From Nitrosopumilus sp. (GTDB taxonomy: Archaea > Thermoproteota > Nitrososphaeria > Nitrososphaerales > Nitrosopumilaceae): DNA of 64,000 bases. Each line of letters begins with the position of its first letter. The stretch's first letter is position 1. Position numbers and translations under genes: made by a program. The stretch spans positions 960,001-1,024,000 of the forward strand of contig OZ240211.1 of NCBI GenBank assembly GCA_965197525.1, read 5' to 3'. The notes beneath the pieces are model-generated. The model saw only the letters and a program-made list of their open reading frames with translations. It made no database searches and was not told the origin of the DNA. This document shows, in pieces, positions 9,481-19,694 of the stretch.

Positions 9481-10337
9481 TGTCAAAAATTTCTATCATC
9501 TTTGATCGTCTAAGAGCAGAGGAGAAGATGTTAGAGAAAGAGGCATTAGCGCTAGGTTGCGATATAATATTGCTAGATGCAAAAGATACCGTATTTAGTA
9601 CAGATAGCAACAAAGAAGACTATGACTTTGGAGACGTTGTCCTTGAGAGATGCGTAAGTTATTTTCGAGGACTTCATTTTACTGCGAATTTAGAGTTTCT
9701 GGATATTCCGGTTCTAAACAGATTCGATGTTGCAAAGATTTGTGGAAACAAGATGTTCATGACTCTGCAGTTGAAGAAGAACAACGTACCAACACCCAAG
9801 ACGTATTTTTCATTTTCAAGTCAGAGTGCTGCTGCTAACATAAACGACGTAGGATATCCACTAGTTATCAAACCGGTGATCGGTAGTTGGGGAAGAGGAA
9901 TAATACCAATCACAGACAAGGATACGATGGATGCAGTCTTTGAGATAAGAGACATAACAGATGGACCATATGATAGAACGTATTATCTACAAGAACTAGT
10001 CAAAAGACCCCCAAGGGATATCAGAGTAATCACAGTGAACAATGAACCGATTGCGGCAATGTACAGAAGATCCTCGGGCGGATTTAAGACAAATATTGCA
10101 CTAGGCGCAGATCCTGAGATCTGCGAGATTACAAAGGAGATGGAAGATATTGCAGCAAATGCATCAAAGGCCATGGGCGGAGGAATCTTGGGAGTAGATA
10201 TGATGGAAGATGAAACTAGAGGTCTGGTAGTCCACGAAGTTAACAACACAGTAGAGTTTAAAGGAATATCAAAAGTTACACCGCGAAACATACCAAAAGA
10301 GATCGTAAAGTACGCATTAGATTACGCTAGAAGATAA
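9480..10337 (+). CDS. argX: LysX/ArgX ATP-grasp ligase (LysW:amino acid ligase), probably ArgX given its position after argG
   Basis: KPVIGSWGR, RDIRV and HEVNNTVEF RimK-family motifs; follows lysW. Confidence 0.82.
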   Translation: MSKISIIFDRLRAEEKMLEKEALALGCDIILLDAKDTVFSTDSNKEDYDFGDVVLERCVSYFRGLHFTANLEFLDIPVLNRFDVAKICGNKMFMTLQLKKNNVPTPKTYFSFSSQSAAANINDVGYPLVIKPVIGSWGRGIIPITDKDTMDAVFEIRDITDGPYDRTYYLQELVKRPPRDIRVITVNNEPIAAMYRRSSGGFKTNIALGADPEICEITKEMEDIAANASKAMGGGILGVDMMEDETRGLVVHEVNNTVEFKGISKVTPRNIPKEIVKYALDYARR

Positions 10338-10366
10338 ATTTTGTCTGTTCGGTTTGAGAGTAATAT

Positions 10367-12160
10367 TTACGAATATAGTTTTCCCGGTTTTGCCCGGGAA
10401 ACGGCAACCACTGTAATGATTGAGATCGCAACAATTAAAATTCCAATAACACCGAATTCGGGAACAGATTTGGCAAATTTCATTTTAAGAAAATTACCTT
10501 GTCCCTCTGTTGGATACATAATGTATTGTCCATCAGGGCTGATTATGAAAGGGGTAGGAGGACGGTTGTTGTAAGGCACCAAAACCTCATAAAATGAGCC
10601 ATCGTCAGATGTAATGTGTAATGAGCTGCCCGGCGCGCCTTTGCCACAGGAGTCACGCTCGTAAATAATCAAAGTATCGCCGGGAGACCAAACAAGAGAA
10701 CTACCGCATCCCGGATCGCGGTCTATCTCATATACGGTGCCTTTGGTGTCAAGATACGCCAAAGTGTTATCAGACCACCCATATCCACCATCCAGCGTTC
10801 TTATAAACAAAATTCGTGATCCGTCAGAGTTCAAATCAAAATACGGTGCTTCAAAACCATGCACCATGATCTCCCCATCCCTGACATCGGAAACCAGAGA
10901 ATCAGGAGGGCCTAAATTGATAAGAGAGTAAAGATCAGAATCGGTAGGATTTTCCTCAGACCATGATTCATTGTGTAAAGACGCTATCAAATTAAAATCC
11001 CCCGTATCCAAAGGCAAAAAATCAAAATGTATGATCGGATGCTCTTCATAATATATCACGTGCATCTCGGAAGTATCAATCGAGTATCGCATAAGACGGT
11101 CTTCAACTATTGCAAAAAGATACCTTCCGTCAGGAGAAAATTTTGCGGTATCGACGTGTTCTCCGACGCCAGTCTCCCACAGCTTGACCACATTTTGACC
11201 ATCAGCATCCATCAAGCCTAAAAAAGAAGTCCTGGGATAGTCTCCTTCCAGGATATAACGCATTGCAATGCGTTCTCCGTCAGGACTCCAATCCAAAAGA
11301 GTAAGTAATCCCAAGTTTTCAACAAACACGGAAATTGGCTCAATTTCAGAACCGGAAAAAACAGGCTCAAGAACTGTAATTTCTGTTGTGTCGCCATATA
11401 TCTCACGAACTGACTGCCCGTCATACCATCTGAGCATGATATTCACAGTCCAAATACCAGGTTCGACGGCACGAAATCCGGCATTGTATTCATATCCACA
11501 TTCAACAGTATTGTCGTTTGGTTCTTCAACAACGATTCCGCTTGGGGATACAGTCTTGTAGATAATCAATGCCTGCCCTTCCTTTACTATGCTGCGGGTC
11601 TGAACATCGGCAAATTCTTTGAGAGTAGAAGGATCAATCTGCTGACATACTGTCCATGGCATTGAGGCAAAATCTCCAAACTGTGCGGTAGGTTCGTAAG
11701 GCAGAGTGTTGATTTTGTAGTTCTGTTCGACGCCGTAATCTTTTGGAGTAGGAGGCGGAGACACATACAAAAATCTATGATCCGCTCCGAATTTTCCGTA
11801 TTCGTCGTTGAAAATCTCTACAAAAATTTGATATCGCCCGACTTTGGCATCTGCTGGCAGTTCGACAACATGTTCCGTGTTGCCCTGACTGTCAGAGAGG
11901 ATGGACTCTTTGAAAAAATCCAGACCGTCAGGATCTAATACGGTGATCCGGAACTCGGAATCAGGGGTTACAAAAATCCCGCCCCAGTCTTGATATGCGC
12001 CGGACCAGCCGGAAAGCAAGATGGAATCTCCCTGCCCGAATATGTTGTCACCGTTTGATGACCATGCCTGAACATCTCCATGAAAGTGAATGGAGGGGTC
12101 TTCCTGAGCAAAAGCAGGCAAAAAGACAAACCCAATTAAGAGAAAAATCACCAACCTCAT
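10367..12160 (-). CDS. Secreted TolB/WD40-like beta-propeller protein with a PEFG-CTERM sorting signal
   Basis: Signal peptide, WSPDG/FSPDG/ISPDG repeats, C-terminal VPEFG + TM helix + basic tail. Confidence 0.75.
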   Translation of the reverse strand: MRLVIFLLIGFVFLPAFAQEDPSIHFHGDVQAWSSNGDNIFGQGDSILLSGWSGAYQDWGGIFVTPDSEFRITVLDPDGLDFFKESILSDSQGNTEHVVELPADAKVGRYQIFVEIFNDEYGKFGADHRFLYVSPPPTPKDYGVEQNYKINTLPYEPTAQFGDFASMPWTVCQQIDPSTLKEFADVQTRSIVKEGQALIIYKTVSPSGIVVEEPNDNTVECGYEYNAGFRAVEPGIWTVNIMLRWYDGQSVREIYGDTTEITVLEPVFSGSEIEPISVFVENLGLLTLLDWSPDGERIAMRYILEGDYPRTSFLGLMDADGQNVVKLWETGVGEHVDTAKFSPDGRYLFAIVEDRLMRYSIDTSEMHVIYYEEHPIIHFDFLPLDTGDFNLIASLHNESWSEENPTDSDLYSLINLGPPDSLVSDVRDGEIMVHGFEAPYFDLNSDGSRILFIRTLDGGYGWSDNTLAYLDTKGTVYEIDRDPGCGSSLVWSPGDTLIIYERDSCGKGAPGSSLHITSDDGSFYEVLVPYNNRPPTPFIISPDGQYIMYPTEGQGNFLKMKFAKSVPEFGVIGILIVAISIITVVAVSRAKPGKLYS

Positions 12161-12191
12161 GTACCCGCTTTAGGAATCGTCTACTCATAAA

Positions 12192-12320
12192 TCATCTCAT
12201 TAAACTCTGTTTAAAATGTGAATCAAGGGACTGCCTTGTATAGAGTGGTTTTGTTATGACGTTGTCTAGATTCTTGAATTGTCTGTTGAATATTGGTCTG
12301 CGTGACACATACCAAGTCAT
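12192..12320 (-). pseudogene. Truncated RelE/ParE-like toxin remnant
   Basis: ATG overlaps the TGA of the upstream ORF (ATGA); MTWYVSRRPIFNRQFKNLD resembles RelE N-termini; ends after 42 aa. Confidence 0.4.
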
Positions 12321-12556
12321 TGTTTACGTAATTCTTTTAGGAACTCATCAAGTGTCATAGTCTTCCAATCACAACTGTTTCTTGATTCTATGATATCCAA
12401 TACCTCTTCAGGTATTAGTTCATCTGCATGCAGTGATTTTAGATGCTCTTCAAAACTGTTGGATCTATAGCTTCCTTCCTCAAAATCTTTTCGTATTATC
12501 TCCAGCTTGTATTTTGGGAGATGGTAAAAAGGATTCACAATTTTTGTCTCAGACAT
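12317..12556 (-). CDS. Small protein, putative antitoxin
   Basis: 79 aa, acidic, ending MTLDEFLKELRKQ; translationally coupled to a RelE-like remnant. Confidence 0.45.
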   Translation of the reverse strand: MSETKIVNPFYHLPKYKLEIIRKDFEEGSYRSNSFEEHLKSLHADELIPEEVLDIIESRNSCDWKTMTLDEFLKELRKQ

Positions 12557-12807
12557 GTCTTCTGTGTTATCTGCATCATAAAAAAAGGTTAGTAATCAAG
12601 AATTTTTTTGCAATCATGGCGACAGATGTTAGCTGAAGACAGAGTTTGAGCAGGGCCGATTGTAAGAGGCCAGTACTTTACTGATAAAAATTCAAACGTA
12701 TGTTCGTATGAGGTGTTTTTTCCATTTTGTTATGTATCTATATCTATAAAAGAAAATTTGAGCACTAGGCAGAAATTAAATTATACCCCATTATAAGAGA
12801 ATTCATA

Positions 12808-13854
12808 ATGAACGTAGGAGTAGTTGGCGCGTCAGGTTACGTAGGAGGAGAGACGCTACGACTTTTAGTAAATCATCCCAATGTAGAGATTACAACAGTA
12901 ACATCAAGACAACACGTGGGCGAGTATCTCCACAGAGTACAACCAAGTTTGAAGGGATTCACGGACATGACATTCTCAGAATTAGACTATGACAGACTAA
13001 CTGACAAGTGTGATCTGGTCTTTACAGCTGTGCCACACGGAACTGCAACTGAGATAGTACGGGCACTGTATGATAGAGGTGTCAAGATAATTGACTTGAG
13101 CGCAGATTACAGACTGCACAACCAGGAAGCATACGACAAATGGTACGGATGGACACACTCACACCCTGACTATCTGCAAAAGTCAGTCTTTGGAGTGCCA
13201 GAACTGCACAGGGAGGAGATTAAAAAGTCACAACTAGTCAGTTGCCCCGGATGCATGGCAGTAACATCAATACTTGCACTTGCGCCACTGATTCGAAATG
13301 ACATTATTGATAAAGAGCACATCATAGTTGATTCTAAAATCGGCTCATCAGGTGCAGGTTCAGGTTCAGGGACCGCGCATGCAATGAGAGCTGGAGTGAT
13401 TAGACCATACAAGCCAGCAAAGCACAGGCATACAGGTGAGATTGAACAAGAGCTCAGTGAGATTGCAAAGGAGAAGATCCGGGTCTCTATGAGTCCGCAC
13501 GCAGTAGATGTAGTCCGTGGAATTTTATGTACAAATCATACATTCTTGAAGAAGGATATAGATGAGAAGGAACTGTGGAAGTTGTATCGCCAAGCATATG
13601 GTGATGAACGTTTTGTCAGACTGATCAGAGACAAGAAAGGGTTGTACAAATTCCCAGATCCAAAATTCCTAGTAGGTTCTAATTTTTGTGACATCGGATT
13701 TGATTTAGACCAAGATAACAACAGATTGATTGCATTATCAGCATCAGATAACCTAATGAAAGGAGCTGCAGGATCTGCTATTCAGAACATGAATGTAATG
13801 TGCGGCTTCGATGAGATGGATGGATTAAAATACACACCGTTGACTCCGGTTTAG
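12808..13854 (+). CDS. argC: N-acetyl-gamma-glutamyl-phosphate/LysW-gamma-aminoadipyl-phosphate reductase (ArgC/LysY)
   Basis: GASGYVGGE, IDLSADYR, CPGC and DNLMKGAAG motifs. Confidence 0.95.
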   Translation: MNVGVVGASGYVGGETLRLLVNHPNVEITTVTSRQHVGEYLHRVQPSLKGFTDMTFSELDYDRLTDKCDLVFTAVPHGTATEIVRALYDRGVKIIDLSADYRLHNQEAYDKWYGWTHSHPDYLQKSVFGVPELHREEIKKSQLVSCPGCMAVTSILALAPLIRNDIIDKEHIIVDSKIGSSGAGSGSGTAHAMRAGVIRPYKPAKHRHTGEIEQELSEIAKEKIRVSMSPHAVDVVRGILCTNHTFLKKDIDEKELWKLYRQAYGDERFVRLIRDKKGLYKFPDPKFLVGSNFCDIGFDLDQDNNRLIALSASDNLMKGAAGSAIQNMNVMCGFDEMDGLKYTPLTPV

Positions 13855-13856
13855 AG

Positions 13857-14660
13857 ATGATCACAATTAAAATCGGGGGAAGCGTAGTCGAAGATTTACA
13901 CCCATCCACAATTTCAGATATTAAAAAGACAGCAGAATCAGAAGGGGTGATACTAGTACACGGGGGAGGAAAAGAGGTTACCAAAGTATGCTCACAATTA
14001 GGAAAAGAACCCAAGTTCATAACCTCTCCTAGCGGAATCAAAAGCAGGTACACTGACAAAGAGACTGCAGATATATTCACTATGGTGCTTTCAGGCAGAA
14101 TAAACAAGACAATCGTTCAGATGCTTCAAAAAAACGGCATTAATGCAATAGGTCTGTCAGGTGTTGATGCCAGGATAATCAGGGCAGATAGAAAGAAGAG
14201 ATTGCTAATAGTCAATGAAAAGGGCAGAAAACAGGCAATTGATGGAGGATACACAGGAAAGATAACAGAGATAAATGCCGAATTTATAAAACTGCTGCTA
14301 GAGCAAGGTCTTACACCTGTAATATCACCGATAGCCATCAGTGAAGAGTCAGAATTCCTAAATGTTGACGGAGACAGGGCAGCAGCGTATATAGCAGGAA
14401 AGGTAGGATGCGACAAAGTATTATTTATCACCAATGTGGACGGGTTATTGATGGATGAAAAACTTGTTCCGAAAATGACGCTAGAGTATGCCAAAGAGAT
14501 AAGACCAAAGATAGGTCCGGGCATGGAAAAGAAGATACTTGCATCAACTGAGGCGTTAGACATGGGGGTCAGGGAAGCATTAATTGCAAATGGCCAAAAG
14601 AACAACCCGATATCTGCAGCAATTGCGCATGATAACTGTACGGTAATTGAACATGAGTGA
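13857..14660 (+). CDS. argB: Acetylglutamate/LysW-aminoadipate kinase (ArgB/LysZ)
   Basis: KIGGS, VHGGG and NVDGDRAAA motifs. Confidence 0.94.
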   Translation: MITIKIGGSVVEDLHPSTISDIKKTAESEGVILVHGGGKEVTKVCSQLGKEPKFITSPSGIKSRYTDKETADIFTMVLSGRINKTIVQMLQKNGINAIGLSGVDARIIRADRKKRLLIVNEKGRKQAIDGGYTGKITEINAEFIKLLLEQGLTPVISPIAISEESEFLNVDGDRAAAYIAGKVGCDKVLFITNVDGLLMDEKLVPKMTLEYAKEIRPKIGPGMEKKILASTEALDMGVREALIANGQKNNPISAAIAHDNCTVIEHE

Positions 14661-15837
14661 AGATCAATTTATGGGAAATCTGTATCAAAGATTTCCAGTT
14701 ACAGTAGAGAAAGGAGTTGGCGCCCGTGTGTGGGATACCAATGGAAAAGAGTACATTGATTGTATGGGAGGTTACGGCGTGGCACTAGTAGGCCATAAAA
14801 ACCAAAAAGTTAATAACGCAATAACAGATCAAATAGACAAGATAATTACAGTACACAGTTCGTTATACAATAAAACAAGAGAGGAATTTTTAAAGACATT
14901 AATCGAGTTGGCGCCTGACGGCCTCACACAGGTACATCTAAACAATAGTGGTGCAGAAGCAGTCGAAGCTGCAATGAAGTTTGCAAGAAAGTTTACTGGT
15001 AAAAAGAAGATGATTGCAATGAAGGGATCATATCATGGAAAGTCGTTTGGTGCATTATCAGTAACATTCAGCCCAAAATATAGAAAGGCCTTTGAACCGC
15101 TAGTTCAGAGCGTCTCTTTTGTGTCTTTTGGAGATATCGAGGCATTACAACAGAGTATTGATGATGATACGGCATGTGTAATTTTAGAGCCAATACAAGG
15201 AGAGAGCGGAATCATCGTTGCACCCGATGGATTCTTACAAAAGGTAAGAAAAATTTGTGATGAGAGAAAGATAGTGCTAATATTTGACGAGATACAGGCA
15301 GGATTAGGAAGAACAGGACGATTATGGGCCTGTGATCACTGGAATACGGCACCGGACATCTTGTGTCTTGCAAAAGGAATTGCAGGAGGTGTACCCATGG
15401 GTGCAACACTGGTAAGACCAGATATACTAGCATCAATGAACAAAGGCGAGCACTCGTCAACGTTTGGAGGAAACCCTCTATCGTGTGCTGCAGCAACGGC
15501 TACACTAAAAACATTGACTGATGACGGACTAGTTGAGAACGCAAAAGCTATGGGAGACATATTCAGAGAGGGGCTAGAAAAGATAAAAGAAAAACACAGT
15601 ATAATAAGAGAAATTCGCGGCAAGGGACTGATGATAGGCATAGAGATGAAGTTTGAGATCAGAGACATTTTAATGGCATTAATAGACAGAGGTGTCTTAA
15701 TGCTATACTCTGGAAGAAACATACTGCGAATCCTCCCACCACTAGTAATATCAAAAGAAGACGTAGCAAAAGTTTTAGATATTCTTGATTCTGTAATAAC
15801 TGAAGAGGAGGAGGAGAAGAGAGATGTACAAAGATAA
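14653..15837 (+). CDS. argD: Acetylornithine/LysW-aminoadipate semialdehyde aminotransferase (ArgD/LysJ)
   Basis: NSGAEAVEAAMK, FDEIQAGLGRTG and LAKGIAGG (PLP lysine) motifs; start placed at ATG 14653. Confidence 0.94.
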   Translation: MSEDQFMGNLYQRFPVTVEKGVGARVWDTNGKEYIDCMGGYGVALVGHKNQKVNNAITDQIDKIITVHSSLYNKTREEFLKTLIELAPDGLTQVHLNNSGAEAVEAAMKFARKFTGKKKMIAMKGSYHGKSFGALSVTFSPKYRKAFEPLVQSVSFVSFGDIEALQQSIDDDTACVILEPIQGESGIIVAPDGFLQKVRKICDERKIVLIFDEIQAGLGRTGRLWACDHWNTAPDILCLAKGIAGGVPMGATLVRPDILASMNKGEHSSTFGGNPLSCAAATATLKTLTDDGLVENAKAMGDIFREGLEKIKEKHSIIREIRGKGLMIGIEMKFEIRDILMALIDRGVLMLYSGRNILRILPPLVISKEDVAKVLDILDSVITEEEEEKRDVQR

Positions 15838-16243
15838 AATTGACGAAAAGATCATAGAGCACCTAAAACAAGATTCCAGAGAATCATTTGTAGACATTGG
15901 CAAAAAACTCAAACTATCAGAGTCAGCAATCAGAAGACGTGTAAAAAACCTCACAGACAACAAGACCATAAAAAAATTCACAGTTGAGATTGGAGAAGAC
16001 AATTCGACCAGTGCCATCGTGTTGATCTCAGTAGATTCTGCAACAGATACTGCCAAAGTATCTGCAAAACTCTCTACCCTGCAGGGAATAAAGACAGTGT
16101 ACGAGATTACTGGGCAGTACGACATTACTACAATTATCAGCGCACCAAACATTGCAGAGATTAATGATTGTATTGACGCATTAAGAAAGATTACAGGTGT
16201 AGTGGACACAAACACTGTTATCATCTTGAGAAAAGTGTTGTAA
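15824..16243 (+). CDS. Lrp/AsnC family transcriptional regulator (LysM-like)
   Basis: N-terminal HTH SESAIRRRVKNL and ITGQYD RAM-domain motif; lies inside the lys/arg cluster. Confidence 0.9.
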   Translation: MYKDKIDEKIIEHLKQDSRESFVDIGKKLKLSESAIRRRVKNLTDNKTIKKFTVEIGEDNSTSAIVLISVDSATDTAKVSAKLSTLQGIKTVYEITGQYDITTIISAPNIAEINDCIDALRKITGVVDTNTVIILRKVL

Positions 16244-16359
16244 AAACGAATTTCGCAACATAATTTTAGTTTTTAGCGAAGATAGAAACAATGTATATTG
16301 TTTTTAACGAATAAAGTACGAATATGTTTATATTCCGAGTAATATTAACGATATTAGCA

Positions 16360-17526
16360 ATGAAAGATCCGAATCATTATGCAGATATGTACAATACGTA
16401 CGACAATAGCTCAAAGAAGATAAGAGTTTTGGACAGTACGCTAAGGGAGGGTGAACAACATCCTGGTGTCTCATTTACAGTGAAACAACGAATCCAAATT
16501 GCGTGGATGTTAGATAATTTTGGAGTAGACCAGATTGAGATATCACCTGTGGTATCAGACGATCACAAGCAAGCAACAAAGACGATAATCAAACAGGGAT
16601 TTTCAGCAGACATTGTCTCTCACGGACGAGCATTAAAGCAAGATATCGATGTTTCACTTGACTGCGATGCAGAATGGTGTGCGGCATATTTAGGAATTTC
16701 AGACATACATCTGAAGGATAAACTACGAATCTCAAAAAAAGAGGCCCTAAACAGGGCAATAGAGACAGTAGAATACGCAAAGTCTCATGGCCTTAAGATC
16801 AGATTTACCGTAGAAGATGGAAGCAGGGCAGAACCAGAATTTCTAATCAAGGTCTGCAAGTCCATAGAAAGAGCAGGAGTGGACAGGATTAGTTTGCCTG
16901 ACACCGTTGGAATTTTACGCCCCGTAGGAATGTACAACTTTGTAAAGAAGATCAGAGATGTTGTAGATGTGCCTTTGGATGCGCACGTTCATAATGATAT
17001 AGGTTTTGCAGTAGCTAACGCGTTTGCGGCGTGTGATGCGGGAGTGGATCAGATTCATACTACTATTGATGGGATTGGAGAAAGAACAGGCATACCTGCA
17101 TTAGCCGAAGTAGCAGTTGCATTGACATATCTGTACAAGTCACCAAACGATTTTAGATTAGATATGCTGCAAGACTTGTCAAGATTAATTGAGATGTATA
17201 CAACGATTAAACCATATGACTCAAAACCCATTGTTGGAACAGCAGCGTACAAGCACAAAGCCGGCACACATCTTGCAGCAATACTCAGGAATCCGGCAGC
17301 ATATGAACCAATTCCTCCTAGAGCAGTGGGGAATAGAAGAAGAATAGTGTTCGGAGAGCTAGCAGGAAAGACAGGAGCAGGATATCTGATGTCAGTATTA
17401 GGATTAGAGAAGAATGAAAAAGAAGCAAAGGCAATTGCATCAGGCTTGAAGAATCTCAGAATAGGTGATGTTATGGAGATTCCACTAGATGACAGATTGG
17501 AGAAAAAGATAGCTAATGATAAATAA
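16360..17526 (+). CDS. Homocitrate synthase (LeuA/HCS family)
   Basis: DSTLREGEQ, HVHNDIG and GIGERTG motifs; lysine-cluster context; probable start at ATG 16360. Confidence 0.85.
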   Translation: MKDPNHYADMYNTYDNSSKKIRVLDSTLREGEQHPGVSFTVKQRIQIAWMLDNFGVDQIEISPVVSDDHKQATKTIIKQGFSADIVSHGRALKQDIDVSLDCDAEWCAAYLGISDIHLKDKLRISKKEALNRAIETVEYAKSHGLKIRFTVEDGSRAEPEFLIKVCKSIERAGVDRISLPDTVGILRPVGMYNFVKKIRDVVDVPLDAHVHNDIGFAVANAFAACDAGVDQIHTTIDGIGERTGIPALAEVAVALTYLYKSPNDFRLDMLQDLSRLIEMYTTIKPYDSKPIVGTAAYKHKAGTHLAAILRNPAAYEPIPPRAVGNRRRIVFGELAGKTGAGYLMSVLGLEKNEKEAKAIASGLKNLRIGDVMEIPLDDRLEKKIANDK

Positions 17527-17548
17527 AGAAGGATAACCGATAAGAGAT

Positions 17549-17716
17549 ATGTCAAAATGTGAAGAATGCGATGCAGATATTTCCATACCAAACGACGCAC
17601 TAGTAGGCGAGATTGTAACGTGTCCTGAATGTGGTTCGAGTTTTGAGCTGACAAAAGGTTCAGAGGGTTTTGATCTAAAGCCTACCGTCACAGTCGGTGA
17701 GGACTGGGGACAGTGA
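17549..17716 (+). CDS. lysW: LysW-like carrier protein, copy 2, ending EDWGQ
   Basis: Manual translation MSKCEECDADISIPNDALVGEIVTCPECGSSFELTKGSEGFDLKPTVTVGEDWGQ; stop overlaps the GTG start of lysX. Confidence 0.92.
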   Translation: MSKCEECDADISIPNDALVGEIVTCPECGSSFELTKGSEGFDLKPTVTVGEDWGQ

Positions 17717-18564
17717 ACTCTGAGGTCACAATTCTTTATGATATCATCCGTTGGGAAGAAAAAGCTCTGCTAAAGGCAGCTGAGACAAAGAATGTTAATG
17801 TACAGATGATGGATTGTAAGAAATTGTCAATAGATTTGGATGGCACCTCCAATAATTCAGGGATAGTTGTACAGAGATGTGTAAGCTATTATAGAAACTT
17901 GCATTCTACTGCAGCGCTAGAAGGATTAGGGGTCAGAGTGATCAATCCTTTGAATACTGCAATTTATGCCGGAAATAAATTATTTACACATATGTTGCTA
18001 AGGAAGTTTGATGTGCCAACACCGGATGCAACAGTCGCGTTTTCAAAAGATTCAGCATTAGAGATGTTAGATGCACAAGGGTATCCAAGAGTGATAAAGC
18101 CCACAGTTGGTAGTTGGGGCAGAATGATCTCAAAGCTAAATACAAAAGAGACTGCAGAGGGAATTATCGAGAGCAGGGAGAAGATGTATCCTATATATCA
18201 AGTTCATTATCTAGAAGAGTTTGTAAAGAGACCTCCAAGGGACATCAGAGTAATCATGGTAGGAGATGAGGCAGTTGCGGCAATTTATCGCAGCTCAAAG
18301 GGAGGAAACTGGAAGACGAACATGGCATTAGATGGTGTTGCAACACCTTGTAAAGTTACACAAGAGATGGAAGAGATATGTATAAAAGCAAAACAGGCAG
18401 TAAAAGGGGATATTGTAGGAATAGACCTAATGGAGAGTGAAGATAAGGGATTGGTGGTACACGAAGTAAACAATACAACAGAATACAAGAACACAGTAAA
18501 AGTATGTCAAGTTGATATTCCGTCACTGATTATAGACTATGCATTATCAAAGGTAGCAAAATAA
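17713..18564 (+). CDS. lysX: LysX ATP-grasp ligase
   Basis: KPTVGSWGR, WKTNMA and HEVNNTTEY motifs; follows the second lysW. Confidence 0.85.
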   Translation: MNSEVTILYDIIRWEEKALLKAAETKNVNVQMMDCKKLSIDLDGTSNNSGIVVQRCVSYYRNLHSTAALEGLGVRVINPLNTAIYAGNKLFTHMLLRKFDVPTPDATVAFSKDSALEMLDAQGYPRVIKPTVGSWGRMISKLNTKETAEGIIESREKMYPIYQVHYLEEFVKRPPRDIRVIMVGDEAVAAIYRSSKGGNWKTNMALDGVATPCKVTQEMEEICIKAKQAVKGDIVGIDLMESEDKGLVVHEVNNTTEYKNTVKVCQVDIPSLIIDYALSKVAK

Positions 18565-18566
18565 AA

Positions 18567-19694
18567 TTGGACACTAATTATACGGTAACACCAAGATTTG
18601 CAGTTAAAATGTTAGAAAAAGCATTAAGATTGTACACCCCATCAATGGATGAAAAACCAATGGCAGAATTTTTAGCAGACAAGTGCGATGACTTGGGATT
18701 TGAGGATATTCAAATTGACGAGGTAGGTAATCTGATAGCAAAGAAGGGTTCTGGCGCACCAAAGGTTATGTTGTGTGGACATATGGACGTAGTTCCAGGT
18801 AAGATCAAAGTCAGGAAAGAAGGAGATGCGTTGTACGGGCGCGGAGCATCAGATGCAAAAGCCCCATTAATGGCAATGTTGTTTGCAGCAGCATCAATTG
18901 GCAAGAATGAAGGAACGGTGATTTTTGTGGGTGCAGTAGACGAAGAAGGAAATGCCACGGGAATAAAAAATCTCGTAAAAAAAGATATGGATGTAGATTA
19001 TGCAGTATTTGGAGAGCCAAGTGGAATTAAACAGGTTACAATCGCATACAAAGGTAGATTAGCAATCAATTTAAAAATTAATTTAGACAATAGCTCTCAT
19101 GCAAGTGCGCCATGGCTCTCAAAGAACGCAATCGAGGAGTCGTTGATCTTTGCAAAGGAGCTAAAAGACAGACTAGAGACAGGTCAAGAGGACAAGACTA
19201 AAGGAATGCTGTTAACTGTAACGATGACTGAGATCAAAGGAGGGGCAAGCCACAATATAACTCCAAAAGAGTGCGAGACAACATTTGATATCAGAATTCC
19301 AGTAGATATGAACTGCAAGACAGTTGAACAAAATATCTCAACAATCGTAAAAGAGACATCACAGAAGAGGGACGTAGAGGCGTTTTATTCAATTCTTGAT
19401 GAGACTGAACCATTTGAGGCACCACATAAATCATCAATCGTGCGAGCATTTACGTTAGGGATCATGGATGTAGAGGGGGAAAGACCAACGTTGATTAGAA
19501 AGACAGGTACAGGAGACATGAACGTATTGGGTAATCAATGGGAGATTCCGGTAGTTACATACGGTCCGGGTGACCCACATGAGGCACACACAATTGATGA
19601 AAAGGTATCAATAGAGGAGTACCTCAAAGGAATCGAGATTCACAAAAAGGCACTACAGCATTTAAAAAGACTACATGATAAAAAGATAAAGTAA
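18567..19694 (+). CDS. lysK: LysW-lysine/ornithine hydrolase (LysK/ArgE, M20 peptidase)
   Basis: LCGHMDVV, GRGASDAK, VDEEG and YGPGD..AH motifs. Confidence 0.92.
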   Translation: MDTNYTVTPRFAVKMLEKALRLYTPSMDEKPMAEFLADKCDDLGFEDIQIDEVGNLIAKKGSGAPKVMLCGHMDVVPGKIKVRKEGDALYGRGASDAKAPLMAMLFAAASIGKNEGTVIFVGAVDEEGNATGIKNLVKKDMDVDYAVFGEPSGIKQVTIAYKGRLAINLKINLDNSSHASAPWLSKNAIEESLIFAKELKDRLETGQEDKTKGMLLTVTMTEIKGGASHNITPKECETTFDIRIPVDMNCKTVEQNISTIVKETSQKRDVEAFYSILDETEPFEAPHKSSIVRAFTLGIMDVEGERPTLIRKTGTGDMNVLGNQWEIPVVTYGPGDPHEAHTIDEKVSIEEYLKGIEIHKKALQHLKRLHDKKIK

